A DNA stretch of 32,000 nucleotides, taken from NCBI GenBank assembly GCA_030167145.1, contig CP126532.1:4470001-4502000 (forward strand). Reading direction: 5' to 3'. This document shows, in pieces, positions 14,351-24,205 of the stretch. This stretch comes from Ktedonobacterales bacterium (GTDB lineage Bacteria; Chloroflexota; Ktedonobacteria; Ktedonobacterales; JADMIN01). The position numbers and the translations under genes were made by a program. A model generated the notes under the pieces. The model was not told the DNA's origin, did not search any database, and saw only the letters and a program-made list of their open reading frames with translations. How positions within the stretch are numbered: position 1 is the first letter of the stretch; each line of letters opens with the position of its first letter.

Positions 14351-15505
14351 ATGCACTCAACGCCTGTGATACCGGATCGCGCCGCGTCAGCCCACCTGCG
14401 TGACCTGCTCTGCGCGGCGGGCTACGAACACGCGGAAATTGCTCGGCGCGAGCCGATGCGCGGCGGACTCTCCGGTGCGCGACTCACACGGCTGGCGCTG
14501 CGACATCCCATGCCAGGCGGCGCTGCGCGGTATACCAGCGTTGTCTACAAGCGCATCGCCCCGTTAGATGGCTGGCTTGGTGAAGCGTCGCGCGATTGCG
14601 GCATCCGTGAGGTGCGGCTCTGGTCGTCGGGGATATTGGGCGATCTGCCGCATGCGCTCGCGATGCCCACGCTGGCCTATGGCTACGATGGCCCTGAGGA
14701 CGCGCCAGAGGCTGGCGCAGTGCTGCTGGCTGATGTGCGCGGCGCGCTGCTGCGCGAACCATTGCGCGCGCCACGGGGCAGACTCCCACGCACGATCCTC
14801 GCGCTGCTAGACCACCTGGCATGGTTGCATGCGCGCTACTGGTGTGATCCGCGTCTGCGCGACCCCGCGCTGGGCCTGATGCCATACGATGCCGCCTTGC
14901 GCTTGATCGCGCCCGAAGGTGTCGCGGCGCGGCTGGCGTGTGGCGATACGACGCCATATCTCACATTGGCAGTTGCCGGTTGGGAAGCGTTCTTTCGGCT
15001 CGCTCCGAGGGGAGCCGCCGCGACATTGCGCGATGTGCTGCATGCGCCGGATGTGTATCTCCCCGCAATAGAGCGACTGCCCTGGACGCTGGCGCATGGC
15101 GATGTCTGGGGGCCGAATCTTGGCTGGCTGCCACCAACTCGAATCGCGCCACGCACCGGACGGCGTCTCTTGCTGCTCGATTGGGCGCTGGCCACTGCCG
15201 GACCCGCGACCTACGATCCACTGTGGCTCTGCGGCACATGGCATGCGCTGCAACCGCCGCGTATCCTTGCGGCGTATCGTGCGCGATTAGAGCGCCATCT
15301 CAGCGCACGTGGCATAGACTTGCCCGCTGCGACCTGGCGCTCACTGGCCGACGCGGGCTATCTGCGAACCGCACTCACCTGCGGGGAAGCGCTGGGGCGC
15401 GCGGCGGCAGAGGCGCCGTCCGGAGCAGCTCGCGAGCGCGCCGAACAGTGGGTGCGCTGGTGGGCGGAACGTGCGGCGCGTGCCGCACGACACCTGCTAC
15501 GTTGA
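14351..15505 (+). CDS. Aminoglycoside-phosphotransferase-like (APH/ChoK family) kinase-fold protein
   Basis: Catalytic-loop-like motif LAHGDVWGPNLGW (HxDxxxxN) and LLLLDWALA (the D of the DFG-equivalent). RBS CGGAG at 14338-14342. Confidence 0.7.
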   Translation: MHSTPVIPDRAASAHLRDLLCAAGYEHAEIARREPMRGGLSGARLTRLALRHPMPGGAARYTSVVYKRIAPLDGWLGEASRDCGIREVRLWSSGILGDLPHALAMPTLAYGYDGPEDAPEAGAVLLADVRGALLREPLRAPRGRLPRTILALLDHLAWLHARYWCDPRLRDPALGLMPYDAALRLIAPEGVAARLACGDTTPYLTLAVAGWEAFFRLAPRGAAATLRDVLHAPDVYLPAIERLPWTLAHGDVWGPNLGWLPPTRIAPRTGRRLLLLDWALATAGPATYDPLWLCGTWHALQPPRILAAYRARLERHLSARGIDLPAATWRSLADAGYLRTALTCGEALGRAAAEAPSGAARERAEQWVRWWAERAARAARHLLR

Positions 15506-15519
15506 CGAACATGGTGACG

Positions 15520-16437
15520 CTACCGTGCGCGCTGGCCATAGGCGATGTAGAACGGCGCGATACACTTGTATTGCGGAGTATTAACGTCGGCCTGGGCCTG
15601 CGCCAGTGTTCGCGCGAACTCGTCGGCGCTGGTGATGCCCAGCGTGGTGATAAGCCCCTGCATACCACGGATGCCCGTGAAGAAATCGGCCTCCATCATC
15701 GTGCCGACTCGCCCACCATAGTGCCCCAGTGGCAGCGCCACCTCACGCGCCTGAACGTGTACCATGCCCGTGCCGCTCAGCAGATCGCCCAGCCGTGCCC
15801 CATAGGTCACGTCAATGCCGCGATGGGCGCACATTCGCGTGCCCCAGTCAATCAGCGCGTCCACCGCTGGGCCGCCCTGCCGCTCGCCGCCCGCCTCAAC
15901 CAATTCCACCCAGCCGCCGGGGCGTGTGACCCGCGCCAACTCGCTTACGACGAACGGCCAGCGGTCGGCGGGAATCGCCAGGAAGAGCAGGCGCATATGC
16001 GTAAAGTCGAAAGTGGCATCGGGGAAAGGCAGCCCTTCCAGCACATTGCCTGCCGTGAACACATAGTTCGGCGGGCGGAGGCCGAGCGTGGCATCCGCGC
16101 TGGCCGCTTCATCCGCGTGCGGCGGCGTGACATCCAGGCCAGTAACCCGCGCCTGGGGAAAGGTGGACGCCAGTTCACGCGCCCAGCGTCCCGTGCCACA
16201 GCCGACATCCAGGATGCTGGTAGGATGGCCAATCGGCGCAGCGTAATTGCCACGAAAAGCATAGCGCAATAGATAATGCTGGAAGTCGAGCCGGTTGATT
16301 TCTTCCATATCGCGCGGCAGCATGTAGGGAACGCCGGCGGTGCGCATGCGCCCTCCCATCATCACTGCTGGCGAACCATCCAACTCAGTGATACCATCAG
16401 TCTCCCGCTTGCGTCGCAACCAGCCAAACCACCGCAT
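15520..16437 (-). CDS. Class I SAM-dependent methyltransferase (LaeA-like N-terminal PxDxxExxRLDxQH motif)
   Basis: SAM motif I ILDVGCGTGRWARELA. N-terminal YMLPRDMEEINRLDFQHYLL. Convergent with the kinase-like gene, 14 nt apart. Confidence 0.85.
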   Translation of the reverse strand: MRWFGWLRRKRETDGITELDGSPAVMMGGRMRTAGVPYMLPRDMEEINRLDFQHYLLRYAFRGNYAAPIGHPTSILDVGCGTGRWARELASTFPQARVTGLDVTPPHADEAASADATLGLRPPNYVFTAGNVLEGLPFPDATFDFTHMRLLFLAIPADRWPFVVSELARVTRPGGWVELVEAGGERQGGPAVDALIDWGTRMCAHRGIDVTYGARLGDLLSGTGMVHVQAREVALPLGHYGGRVGTMMEADFFTGIRGMQGLITTLGITSADEFARTLAQAQADVNTPQYKCIAPFYIAYGQRAR

Positions 16438-16508
16438 CTGTATCTCCTATGAACGCACGCTCTCAGGTCGCGCGCACCCGCTACATATCAGTCATCACCA
16501 TTCGCCGT

Positions 16509-16715
16509 TCAGATCGGGTAAAACGGTATACCGGGGAAAAGCCGTTGCGGTAGCAATCCTTCCGGCAATTTCAAGAGCACCAGCACCATGCCGACTTTGC
16601 TCGGTGGCCCGATGCTCACCGTGCCGCCGAGGCGTTCGATCTCGCGTCTTAGCGCCTGTATGCGCGCGACGTTTTCTGGATTGGAAAGCAGTGCCTGATA
16701 TGTAATCAGTTCCAT
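16509..16715 (-). CDS. Small hypothetical protein (68 aa)
   Basis: ATG at 16715 with GAGGA close upstream. Codon usage is moderately gene-like. Same strand and 71 nt upstream of the methyltransferase gene. No family recognised. Confidence 0.45.
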   Translation of the reverse strand: MELITYQALLSNPENVARIQALRREIERLGGTVSIGPPSKVGMVLVLLKLPEGLLPQRLFPGIPFYPI

Positions 16716-16942
16716 GCATCCTCGCCCAGCATCCTCTACCGCTCATGGCCCTATGCCTATCCCAAAAACGATTCCAATGTGCGTCACCCTACGCACGCTA
16801 CCCGTCCACAGCCTACACCCGCTGTCAAGCCTGTTCGCTCTGACGCTGCGCTCTGGTGGATGAGGGGTAGCTGTGTGTGGCACACTGTAGTCAACCGCGT
16901 ACATCAATGCGTATTCGCAGCGCAGCAAAGGAATAAGCCGAG

Positions 16943-17281
16943 ATGGAGCCATTAGTCCAGATGAAGTGCGTCGCGTGCCGGGGTGATGAGCCGCCCGCGA
17001 GCGCAGCCGAGATCGCGGCATATCAGCCGCAGACGCCGGAGTGGCATGTGATCGAGCGTGATAACATCCCGCGACTGGAGCGCGTCTTCAAATTTGCCAA
17101 TTTTATGCAGGCGTTGGCGTTTACGAACAAAGTGGGCGAAGTTGCTGAGATGGAAGGCCATCATCCGGCGCTGCTGACGGAGTGGGGCAAAGTGACGGTC
17201 ACATGGTGGACACACAAAATCAAGGGATTGCACCGCAATGATTTCATCATGGCGGCGAAAACCGACCAGCTTTACCTGTAG
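16943..17281 (+). CDS. 4a-hydroxytetrahydrobiopterin (pterin-4-alpha-carbinolamine) dehydratase
   Basis: Full-length match to the bacterial PCD pattern: [11 protein letters not shown]...[67 protein letters not shown]. Confidence 0.9.
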   Translation: MEPLVQMKCVACRGDEPPASAAEIAAYQPQTPEWHVIERDNIPRLERVFKFANFMQALAFTNKVGEVAEMEGHHPALLTEWGKVTVTWWTHKIKGLHRNDFIMAAKTDQLYL

Positions 17282-17324
17282 CCCACGCGAAGGCACGGAG
17301 TCGGGCTGTTCGCCAGCTTGTCTG

Positions 17325-17333
17325 TGCTATAAT
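17325..17333 (+). promoter_or_regulatory. Putative extended -10 promoter element TGcTATAAT upstream of secA
   Basis: TGCTATAAT at 17325-17333. No good -35. It would give a leader of about 120 nt before the secA ATG at 17462. Confidence 0.4.
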
Positions 17334-17461
17334 GGGCGATACGCTCGTATCAATAGTGTGTATGCGACTTGAGGAAAGTGTAGTCTCGCGGATATCTCGT
17401 GGCGAGGAGGTTCGCCGCGCGGGTCCCTATAGGTATCATAGAGTGGGGAAAGCGGCCCGAC

Positions 17462-20365
17462 ATGAGCGTCTTCACAAAAATTCTCGGCGATCCCAACGAA
17501 AAGGAACTGAAACGTATTCGCCCGCTCGTAGAGCAGATCAATAGCCTCGAAGAGAGCATGGAGGCGCAGTCTGACGAAGATTTGCGCGCAATGACGGGCG
17601 AATTGAAACAAGAGTTGGACAACGGCGCAGAACTGAACGATATACTGCCCGAAGCGTTTGCGCTCGTGCGCGAGGCGAGCAAGCGTACCATTGGCCAGCG
17701 CCACTACGACGTGCAGCTCATTGGCGGCATCGTGCTACATCAGGGCAAAATTGCCGAGATGCGTACCGGCGAAGGCAAAACGCTGGTCGCGACCCTGCCA
17801 TCGTACCTCAATGCGCTGACGGGCAAGGGCGTGCATGTCGTCACCGTCAACGACTATCTCGCCCAACGCGACCGCGATTGGATGGGCCGCATTCATCAGT
17901 TCCTGGGGCTGAAGGTTGGCGTGATACTCACCACGTTGCCGCCGCAGGGCAGCGAGCGCCACGACGCCTACCTCTCTGACATCACCTACGGCACCAACAA
18001 TGAATTTGGCTTTGACTATCTGCGCGACCATATGGTTCCCGACCTCAGCTTCTGTGCGCAGCGCGAATTGAATTATGCCATCGTGGACGAGGTGGATAAC
18101 ATCCTGATTGACGAGGCGCGCACGCCACTCATCATTTCGGGCATGGCCGACGAATCCGCCGACCTCTATAAGACGTTTGCCCGTGTGGTGCCGCGCCTGA
18201 AGCTCGACGAGGATTACACGGTTGACGCCAAAAGCAAGACGGTCGCTATTAATGAGCAGGGCATTGATAAAGTTGAGAAGATACTCGGCGTCAAGAATAT
18301 CTATGATGATATGGAACTGACACGTCATCTGGAGAATGCGCTCAAAGCGCATGCGCTCTTTCACCGCGACAAAGAATATCTCGTGCGCGATGGCGAGGTG
18401 TTCATCGTGGATGAGTTTACCGGGCGTGTCTTGCAGGGCCGACGCTACAGCGAGGGTCTGCACCAGGCCATCGAGGCGAAAGAAGGCGTGCAGATCCAGC
18501 GCGAAAATCGCACCCTGGCGACGATCACCTTTCAGAATTACTTCCGCCTCTACAAGAAGCTCGCTGGCATGACCGGCACAGCCCTTACCGAGGCCGAAGA
18601 GTTCCACAAGATCTACAAGCTCGATGTCGTGGTCATCCCAACGAACCGCACCGTGATCCGTTCCGACAATCCCGACAAGATTTACCGCACCGAGCAGGGC
18701 AAGTTCAACGCGGTTGCTGAGGAAATCAAGGACCGCAACGCTGCCGGGCAACCGGTGCTCGTCGGCACGACCTCGGTGGAGATCTCGGAATATCTCTCCG
18801 ATATGCTCAACCGCCAGGGAATCGAGCATAACGTGCTGAACGCGAAGCAGCACGCCCGCGAGGCGAAGGTTATTACGCAGGCGGGACGCTCTGGGGCCGT
18901 CACAATTGCCACCAATATGGCAGGTCGCGGCACTGATATTCTGCTTGGCGGCAATCCTGATGGGTTTGTAGATGACATTCTGCGCGAGCACGACATTGAC
19001 CCGGAGTTCGCCACGCCTGAAGATCGCGAAGAAGCGTTGGTAGAGGCGAAACGCCAGTGCGACGAAGATCGCCAGAAGGTACTCGATGCAGGCGGCCTCT
19101 ACATCATCGGCACCGAACGGCATGAGTCGCGCCGGATTGACAATCAGCTTCGTGGCCGCTCTGGCCGCCAGGGGGACCCCGGCGAGTCGCGTTTCTTCCT
19201 CTCGCTAGAGGACGAATTGATGCGCCGCTTCGGCACCGACCGTGCGGCGGGTATCATGCAGCGGTTTGGCATGGACGACGATATGCCGCTCGAAGCCGCG
19301 ATGGTCAGCCGGATGATTGACCAGGCGCAGTCGAAGGTCGAAGGCTTCAACTTCGACATCCGCAAGAATGTCGTCGAGTATGACGATGTCATCGCCAAAC
19401 AGCGTGAAGTCATCTATGAAGACCGGCAGGCGGTGCTGGCGCGCGAAGATATGCACGAGCGCTGCCTTCAGATGATCGAGCATGAGGTTGCGCGGGTCGT
19501 CCGGGCGCACACCACTGCCAATATGCCCGAAGACTGGGATCTCGAAGGCATCGTGCGGCAGTTCGATGCCTGGGGCGTGCGCACACCCGATGACTTCTTC
19601 CCGGAGCAGATCAACCGCCTGCGCCGCGAACCGCTGACTGCCGACTTTGTCGAGCTGGCCCAAGAGGGTTACGCGAACAAAGAGGCGCAGATTATCAAGC
19701 TAGCCAAAGAGAACAATGCGCTGGAATCTGGCGAGGTGTACATGCGCCAGTTCGAGCGTATGGTTGTCTTGCAAGTAGTGGATGGGCTGTGGCAGGAGCA
19801 TCTTGACTCGCTCGACGTGATGCGCAGTGGCATCGGCTGGCGCGGCATGGCACAACGCGACCCGCTCAACGAATTCAAGAGCGAGGCATTCAAAGCCTTC
19901 GAGGACCTGAAGGATGCCATCGAGCATCATGTGGTGGATTTACTGTTCCGGGGTGGGGTGAATATTACGCTGCCAGAGCCGCCCCAGCAGGCATTGCCAC
20001 AAAATCTGCGCACCAACGCTGAGGATATCGCGAAGCTCAGCGGCCAGGCGAAAGGCGTTGGCGCTGCCACAACCGCCGCCGCCGCCAAGGCTGTGGCCAC
20101 GAAGAACCAGCCAAATGGCAATGGTCAGCAGCCTAGAGGCCAGAATGGCGCGCGCCCCGCGCAAGGCGCTGGCAACAAGCATGGATCGTCCGCGCGCCAT
20201 GCGAACCAGGCCAAACCTGGCGCCTCTGCCAGCCGGCAGCAGCCGCGGCAGCCCGCGCTCACCAGCGCCGCGCAGTCCAGCGGCAGTGTTGTGGGCAAAG
20301 TTGGGCGCAACGACCCATGTCCCTGCGGCAGTGGCAAGAAGTATAAGGCCTGCCACGGACGCTAG
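17462..20365 (+). CDS. secA: Preprotein translocase ATPase SecA
   Basis: MSVFTKILGDPNEKELKRIRPLV..., Walker A MRTGEGKTL, DEVD box IVDEVDNILIDEARTPLIISG, and the C-terminal zinc motif CPCGSGKKYKACHG. The track start at 17399 adds a non-homologous extension. Confidence 0.97.
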   Translation: MSVFTKILGDPNEKELKRIRPLVEQINSLEESMEAQSDEDLRAMTGELKQELDNGAELNDILPEAFALVREASKRTIGQRHYDVQLIGGIVLHQGKIAEMRTGEGKTLVATLPSYLNALTGKGVHVVTVNDYLAQRDRDWMGRIHQFLGLKVGVILTTLPPQGSERHDAYLSDITYGTNNEFGFDYLRDHMVPDLSFCAQRELNYAIVDEVDNILIDEARTPLIISGMADESADLYKTFARVVPRLKLDEDYTVDAKSKTVAINEQGIDKVEKILGVKNIYDDMELTRHLENALKAHALFHRDKEYLVRDGEVFIVDEFTGRVLQGRRYSEGLHQAIEAKEGVQIQRENRTLATITFQNYFRLYKKLAGMTGTALTEAEEFHKIYKLDVVVIPTNRTVIRSDNPDKIYRTEQGKFNAVAEEIKDRNAAGQPVLVGTTSVEISEYLSDMLNRQGIEHNVLNAKQHAREAKVITQAGRSGAVTIATNMAGRGTDILLGGNPDGFVDDILREHDIDPEFATPEDREEALVEAKRQCDEDRQKVLDAGGLYIIGTERHESRRIDNQLRGRSGRQGDPGESRFFLSLEDELMRRFGTDRAAGIMQRFGMDDDMPLEAAMVSRMIDQAQSKVEGFNFDIRKNVVEYDDVIAKQREVIYEDRQAVLAREDMHERCLQMIEHEVARVVRAHTTANMPEDWDLEGIVRQFDAWGVRTPDDFFPEQINRLRREPLTADFVELAQEGYANKEAQIIKLAKENNALESGEVYMRQFERMVVLQVVDGLWQEHLDSLDVMRSGIGWRGMAQRDPLNEFKSEAFKAFEDLKDAIEHHVVDLLFRGGVNITLPEPPQQALPQNLRTNAEDIAKLSGQAKGVGAATTAAAAKAVATKNQPNGNGQQPRGQNGARPAQGAGNKHGSSARHANQAKPGASASRQQPRQPALTSAAQSSGSVVGKVGRNDPCPCGSGKKYKACHGR

Positions 20366-20380
20366 CTTTCGCGCCTGAGC

Positions 20381-20414
20381 ATGCCCGCGGTGTATTCACG
20401 TCCAGCGCGGGCAT
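20381..20414 (+). terminator. Putative secA terminator hairpin (9-bp GC-rich stem, 16-nt loop, no U-tract)
   Basis: ATGCCCGCG (20381-20389) pairs with CGCGGGCAT (20406-20414), 16 nt after the secA stop. The lack of a T-run lowers confidence. Confidence 0.35.
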
Positions 20415-20573
20415 CTAACCTCGCCGCTCATTCGCTCGTACCTGCTATTGGACGCGCAAGTGTTACGCTTCCCCGTATGCTGCCTCCTCTATGGCAGTCG
20501 TTTGCCTACAGGGCGTATCATTTGCCAGTGATGCCATGTGGCGTGATAACGCCGTTCGATAGGATGTCTCAGG

Positions 20574-21419
20574 ATGAGCTTGCCACCCTCTCCACCGTTT
20601 GGTTCGGCAGTGACGCCGGTTCCGCAACCAGGTATGCCAGCGCCGTTTCCGCCCCCTGATGCCGCCGTCGCCACGTGGGGATTGACCAAGAGCTTTGGTC
20701 AGAAGATGGCGGTCAATAGCTTGACGCTTGCCGTGCGCCGGGGCGAGTTCTTTGGGTTTCTTGGCCCGAATGGCGCGGGCAAATCCACAACGATCAAAAT
20801 GATGGTGGGCCTGCTGCGGCCTACGGCCGGGACCGCGTTCATCGGTGGCGTGGATGTGTGGCGCGATCCGTTGCGCGCGAAGGCGCTGATGGGTGTGCTG
20901 CCGGAGCAACTGAACCTGTATGACCGGCTCTCTGGTCGCGAACTGATCGAGTTCGCTGGGCGGCTCTACGATGTGCCGAAGGACGAGGTGCGCCGTCGCG
21001 CCGATGCGCTCTTACACGTGCTGGCATTGGACGGCGACGCTGATAAGTTGGTAGTAGATTATTCGGTTGGCATGCGCAAAAAGGTCTCGCTCGCCTCCGC
21101 GCTGATCCACCGTCCGCAAGTGCTCTTTCTCGATGAGCCATTCGAGGGCATTGACCCGGTTAGCTCACGTGTCATCCGCAATATCCTGCAAGATCTCACC
21201 GCCAGCGGCACGACGATCTTCTTTAGCTCGCATATCATGGAGGTTGTCGAGCGGCTTTGCACACGAGTTGGCATTATCGCGGAAGGCAGATTGATTGCCG
21301 AGGGCACGCTGGCCGAACTGCGCCAGCGCGCGGGCGGCGAGGGTGGCAGCCTCGAAGACATCTTCTTGCAGTTGATCGGCGCGGATACGAGCCAGGGAGG
21401 GCTGGAATGGCTGGAGTAA
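20574..21419 (+). CDS. ABC transporter ATP-binding protein (ABC-2/DrrA-like subfamily)
   Basis: Walker A GPNGAGKST, signature-like YSVGMRKKV, Walker B VLFLDEPFEGID, H-loop SSHIM. The Pro-rich N-terminal 20 aa may not be translated (alternative ATG at 20634). Confidence 0.9.
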   Translation: MSLPPSPPFGSAVTPVPQPGMPAPFPPPDAAVATWGLTKSFGQKMAVNSLTLAVRRGEFFGFLGPNGAGKSTTIKMMVGLLRPTAGTAFIGGVDVWRDPLRAKALMGVLPEQLNLYDRLSGRELIEFAGRLYDVPKDEVRRRADALLHVLALDGDADKLVVDYSVGMRKKVSLASALIHRPQVLFLDEPFEGIDPVSSRVIRNILQDLTASGTTIFFSSHIMEVVERLCTRVGIIAEGRLIAEGTLAELRQRAGGEGGSLEDIFLQLIGADTSQGGLEWLE

Positions 21420-23194
21420 CTGGCGTCAAGCCTAAGCCGCGTCTGGCTGGCCCCAGTTTCGCCGTCGCGCCAAGCCACGTGCGAACCTTGCTCTGGCTGC
21501 GCTGGAAGCTTACCCTGCGTGGCTACACGCGAGACTGGCGGCGCATGGTCGGACTGGTCTTTCTGCTGCTCTTTCTCGCGCCGACGGCGGGCTTTGTGGC
21601 GTTCGGCACCTATCTCGCCTACACCCAGCTTTCACAACCGATAGCGACACAGGTGTTATTCGTCGTGCTGGTGGGGTTGTTCTTTCTGTGGGCGGCGCTG
21701 CCGCTACTCCAGTTCAACTTGAATGAGGGGCTGGATGTCACGAAGCTCCAGATTTACCCACTCACGCGCGGCGAACAAATGCTGAGCCTGGTGCTGGCCA
21801 CCTTCTTCGACATCAGCGCGATCTTCCTGCTGGCGCTGCTGGCGGCGGTGCTGGCGGCCTGGCATGCGACTGTGCTGGCGACTGTAATCACCGTCGTCGC
21901 GGTTCTGGCGGCGTATTTCAATATCGTCGCCTTCAGCCAGTTGATTCTGGCGGCGCTGATGGGCATGTTGCGGAGCCGCCGCTTTCGCGATGTGACGATC
22001 ATTTTTTTCGCGCTCTTCGGCGTCACATGCTCGGTTGGGAGCCAAGTACTTTCGCGTGCATTGGCTGGCATTGGCGAAAACGGTGGATCCGTCAATCTGG
22101 AGACCACGCGCCTCGATCAATATCTGCGTTGGACACCGACGGGCATGGCCGCACAGGCGATTTCACTCGCGGGCGGAGGCAGCTACACTGCCGCGCTGCC
22201 CTGGCTTGCGGGCGCGGTGCTCTTCGTGCCGCTGCTGCTGCTGGCATGGGAACGTGTGCTCAACCGAAGCATCACCAACGCGGAATCGGCGGGCGGCGGC
22301 AATGCACAGCGACGACGCGGACGCGGGCGTATAGCGGGGACGGCTACTGCTACCACGGCAGGAGTAGCCGTTCGCCCGGCTGCAACGCCCACTACGCCCG
22401 CAGTGGCGGCGCGGCGTGGGCGGCGTCCCATCTCAGGTGTGGCGCTCACCATCGCCTGGAAAGACGCGCGCTATCTCTGGCGCGATCCGCAAATGAAGGC
22501 GGCGCTGATCAGCGTGCTCTTCGCGACCATCATCATCCTATTCCCGAATCTGTATGCCGGCAGAGCGGGTCGTGTTAGCGAGTTTAGTTCGGGCCATGCC
22601 ACGGTGCTCACGGCGTCGCTGCCCGCGTTACTGGTTATCCTGGGTTTCGCGCAGAATAGCCTTGGCATGGAGCGCCAGGGCCTCCAGACGTTGTTTCTTT
22701 TTCCGGTGCGCCCGCTCGACATCTTCTTCGGCAAGAATCTCTTCGTCGGCCTTTTTGCGGTGGTGTTCCAGACGATTCTGATTCTGATTCGCGCGGCCAT
22801 GACCGGCGGCTGGGAGTACGTCATACCCGCGCTGTGTCTGGGGATCGCCGCCGATTTTGTCATGTTAGGATGCGGGAACGTGAGTTCGGTGCTGATTCCG
22901 TTCCGCTGGCGACAAATGCGTATGGGCGACACGAGTTCTATGTCGTCCGAAAACGGCTGCTTGCGCTTCGTGCTCTCGATAGTCAACATGGCGATTACGG
23001 CCATCGTGTTGATTCCAGTTGCCGCCGCGATTCTGCTGCCGCTGCTGCTAGCTCATAGTGAATGGCTGGTGGTCACGCTGCCGCTGGCGCTGGTCTATGG
23101 CGCCGCATTCTATCAGGTCGCAACACGTATGATCGCGCCAGTGATGCTGCGTCGCGCGCCGGAGATTCTCGCCACGGTTGTCCGTGAGGCATGA
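21407..23194 (+). CDS. ABC exporter permease, fused two-half (about 12 TM) protein with an Arg/Thr/Ala-rich central linker
   Basis: ATG at 21407 with GGGAGG at 21395-21400. It overlaps the ATPase stop by 13 nt, suggesting translational coupling. Two blocks of about 6 hydrophobic helices are separated by AQRRRGRGRIAGTATATTAGVAVRPAATPTTPAVAARRGRRP. Confidence 0.8.
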   Translation: MAGVTGVKPKPRLAGPSFAVAPSHVRTLLWLRWKLTLRGYTRDWRRMVGLVFLLLFLAPTAGFVAFGTYLAYTQLSQPIATQVLFVVLVGLFFLWAALPLLQFNLNEGLDVTKLQIYPLTRGEQMLSLVLATFFDISAIFLLALLAAVLAAWHATVLATVITVVAVLAAYFNIVAFSQLILAALMGMLRSRRFRDVTIIFFALFGVTCSVGSQVLSRALAGIGENGGSVNLETTRLDQYLRWTPTGMAAQAISLAGGGSYTAALPWLAGAVLFVPLLLLAWERVLNRSITNAESAGGGNAQRRRGRGRIAGTATATTAGVAVRPAATPTTPAVAARRGRRPISGVALTIAWKDARYLWRDPQMKAALISVLFATIIILFPNLYAGRAGRVSEFSSGHATVLTASLPALLVILGFAQNSLGMERQGLQTLFLFPVRPLDIFFGKNLFVGLFAVVFQTILILIRAAMTGGWEYVIPALCLGIAADFVMLGCGNVSSVLIPFRWRQMRMGDTSSMSSENGCLRFVLSIVNMAITAIVLIPVAAAILLPLLLAHSEWLVVTLPLALVYGAAFYQVATRMIAPVMLRRAPEILATVVREA

Positions 23195-23264
23195 CACGAG
23201 GGCGTATACTGGAAGCGATGCGTGGGCGATATACGCGCTCGGCAGCTTCTTCACAGGCAGCGGC

Positions 23265-24035
23265 ATGCCTCACCATCTGGATACCACCTCGTTCGGAGGA
23301 CTCGTGGACGCAGGACATATCACCATCGTTGGCGCATTTCTCGCGGGGCTGCTCTCGTTTCTTTCGCCCTGTGTGCTTCCACTGACGCCCGCGTATATTG
23401 CCCGCCTTGCTGGCCCCGCCGTCTGGCGTGCGCAGGAGATGGAGGCGAAGGAGCGTGCGGCGCTGCGCCTGACGACGACGCTGCATGCGCTCTCGTTCGT
23501 CGCTGGCTTCGCCGTCACCTTCATCGCACTCGGCGCGACCGCCAGCGTACTCGGCAGCTTCCTCGCGTCACAAGCGGAACTGCTGCGGAAAGTGGGCGGG
23601 CTGGTGCTGATTGTCTTCGGGCTGCATATCGCCGGTGTGCTGCGTCTGCCCGCGCTCGACCGCGAGCGGCGATTTACCGTGCGGACCGCCGAGACCAACT
23701 ATCTGTCATCTTTTCTGCTTGGTCTGATCTTCGCCCTGGGATGGACTCCATGTGTTGGGCCGATCCTGGCGGGCATTCTGGTGCTTGCGGCCCAGGCCCA
23801 GACCTTGGGCGCTGGTGTCTCGCTGCTGGCGGTCTACTCATTGGGTCTGGGGGTGCCATTCCTAGCGCTGGGTCTCGCGTTCGACCGCCTCGCTCCCATG
23901 CTCAAACGCCTCACGCCCTATATGCGCCTGATTGAGTTGATTACCGGCGCGCTGCTCGTGCTGATGGGGATCGTCATCTTCTTCAACTGGTTGCTCATCA
24001 TTAATAGTCGCTTCAATCTGCCTGGTCTAGCATAA
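23265..24035 (+). CDS. ccdA: Cytochrome c biogenesis thiol-disulfide transporter CcdA (DsbD-family core)
   Basis: FLAGLLSFLSPCVLPLTPAYI and GWTPCVGPILAGIL are the two conserved Cys-containing helices, in a six-TM protein. Start is ATG 23265. The track start at 23178 would overlap the permease gene. Confidence 0.85.
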   Translation: MPHHLDTTSFGGLVDAGHITIVGAFLAGLLSFLSPCVLPLTPAYIARLAGPAVWRAQEMEAKERAALRLTTTLHALSFVAGFAVTFIALGATASVLGSFLASQAELLRKVGGLVLIVFGLHIAGVLRLPALDRERRFTVRTAETNYLSSFLLGLIFALGWTPCVGPILAGILVLAAQAQTLGAGVSLLAVYSLGLGVPFLALGLAFDRLAPMLKRLTPYMRLIELITGALLVLMGIVIFFNWLLIINSRFNLPGLA

Positions 24036-24205
24036 GCAGCGCCACACATATCGCTGTTCACTCATCCGTTTCCGTATGGTGGCACGAGTTCCGCGCTAAA
24101 CCACGGGTTATCCTGCATGCGCTGCATATGATAGCCAGTACTTGTCCATGCGAAGAGCGCTGCTGAAGCAGGTAGCAACCATGTCTTGTGACGAGGGATA
24201 GAGCG

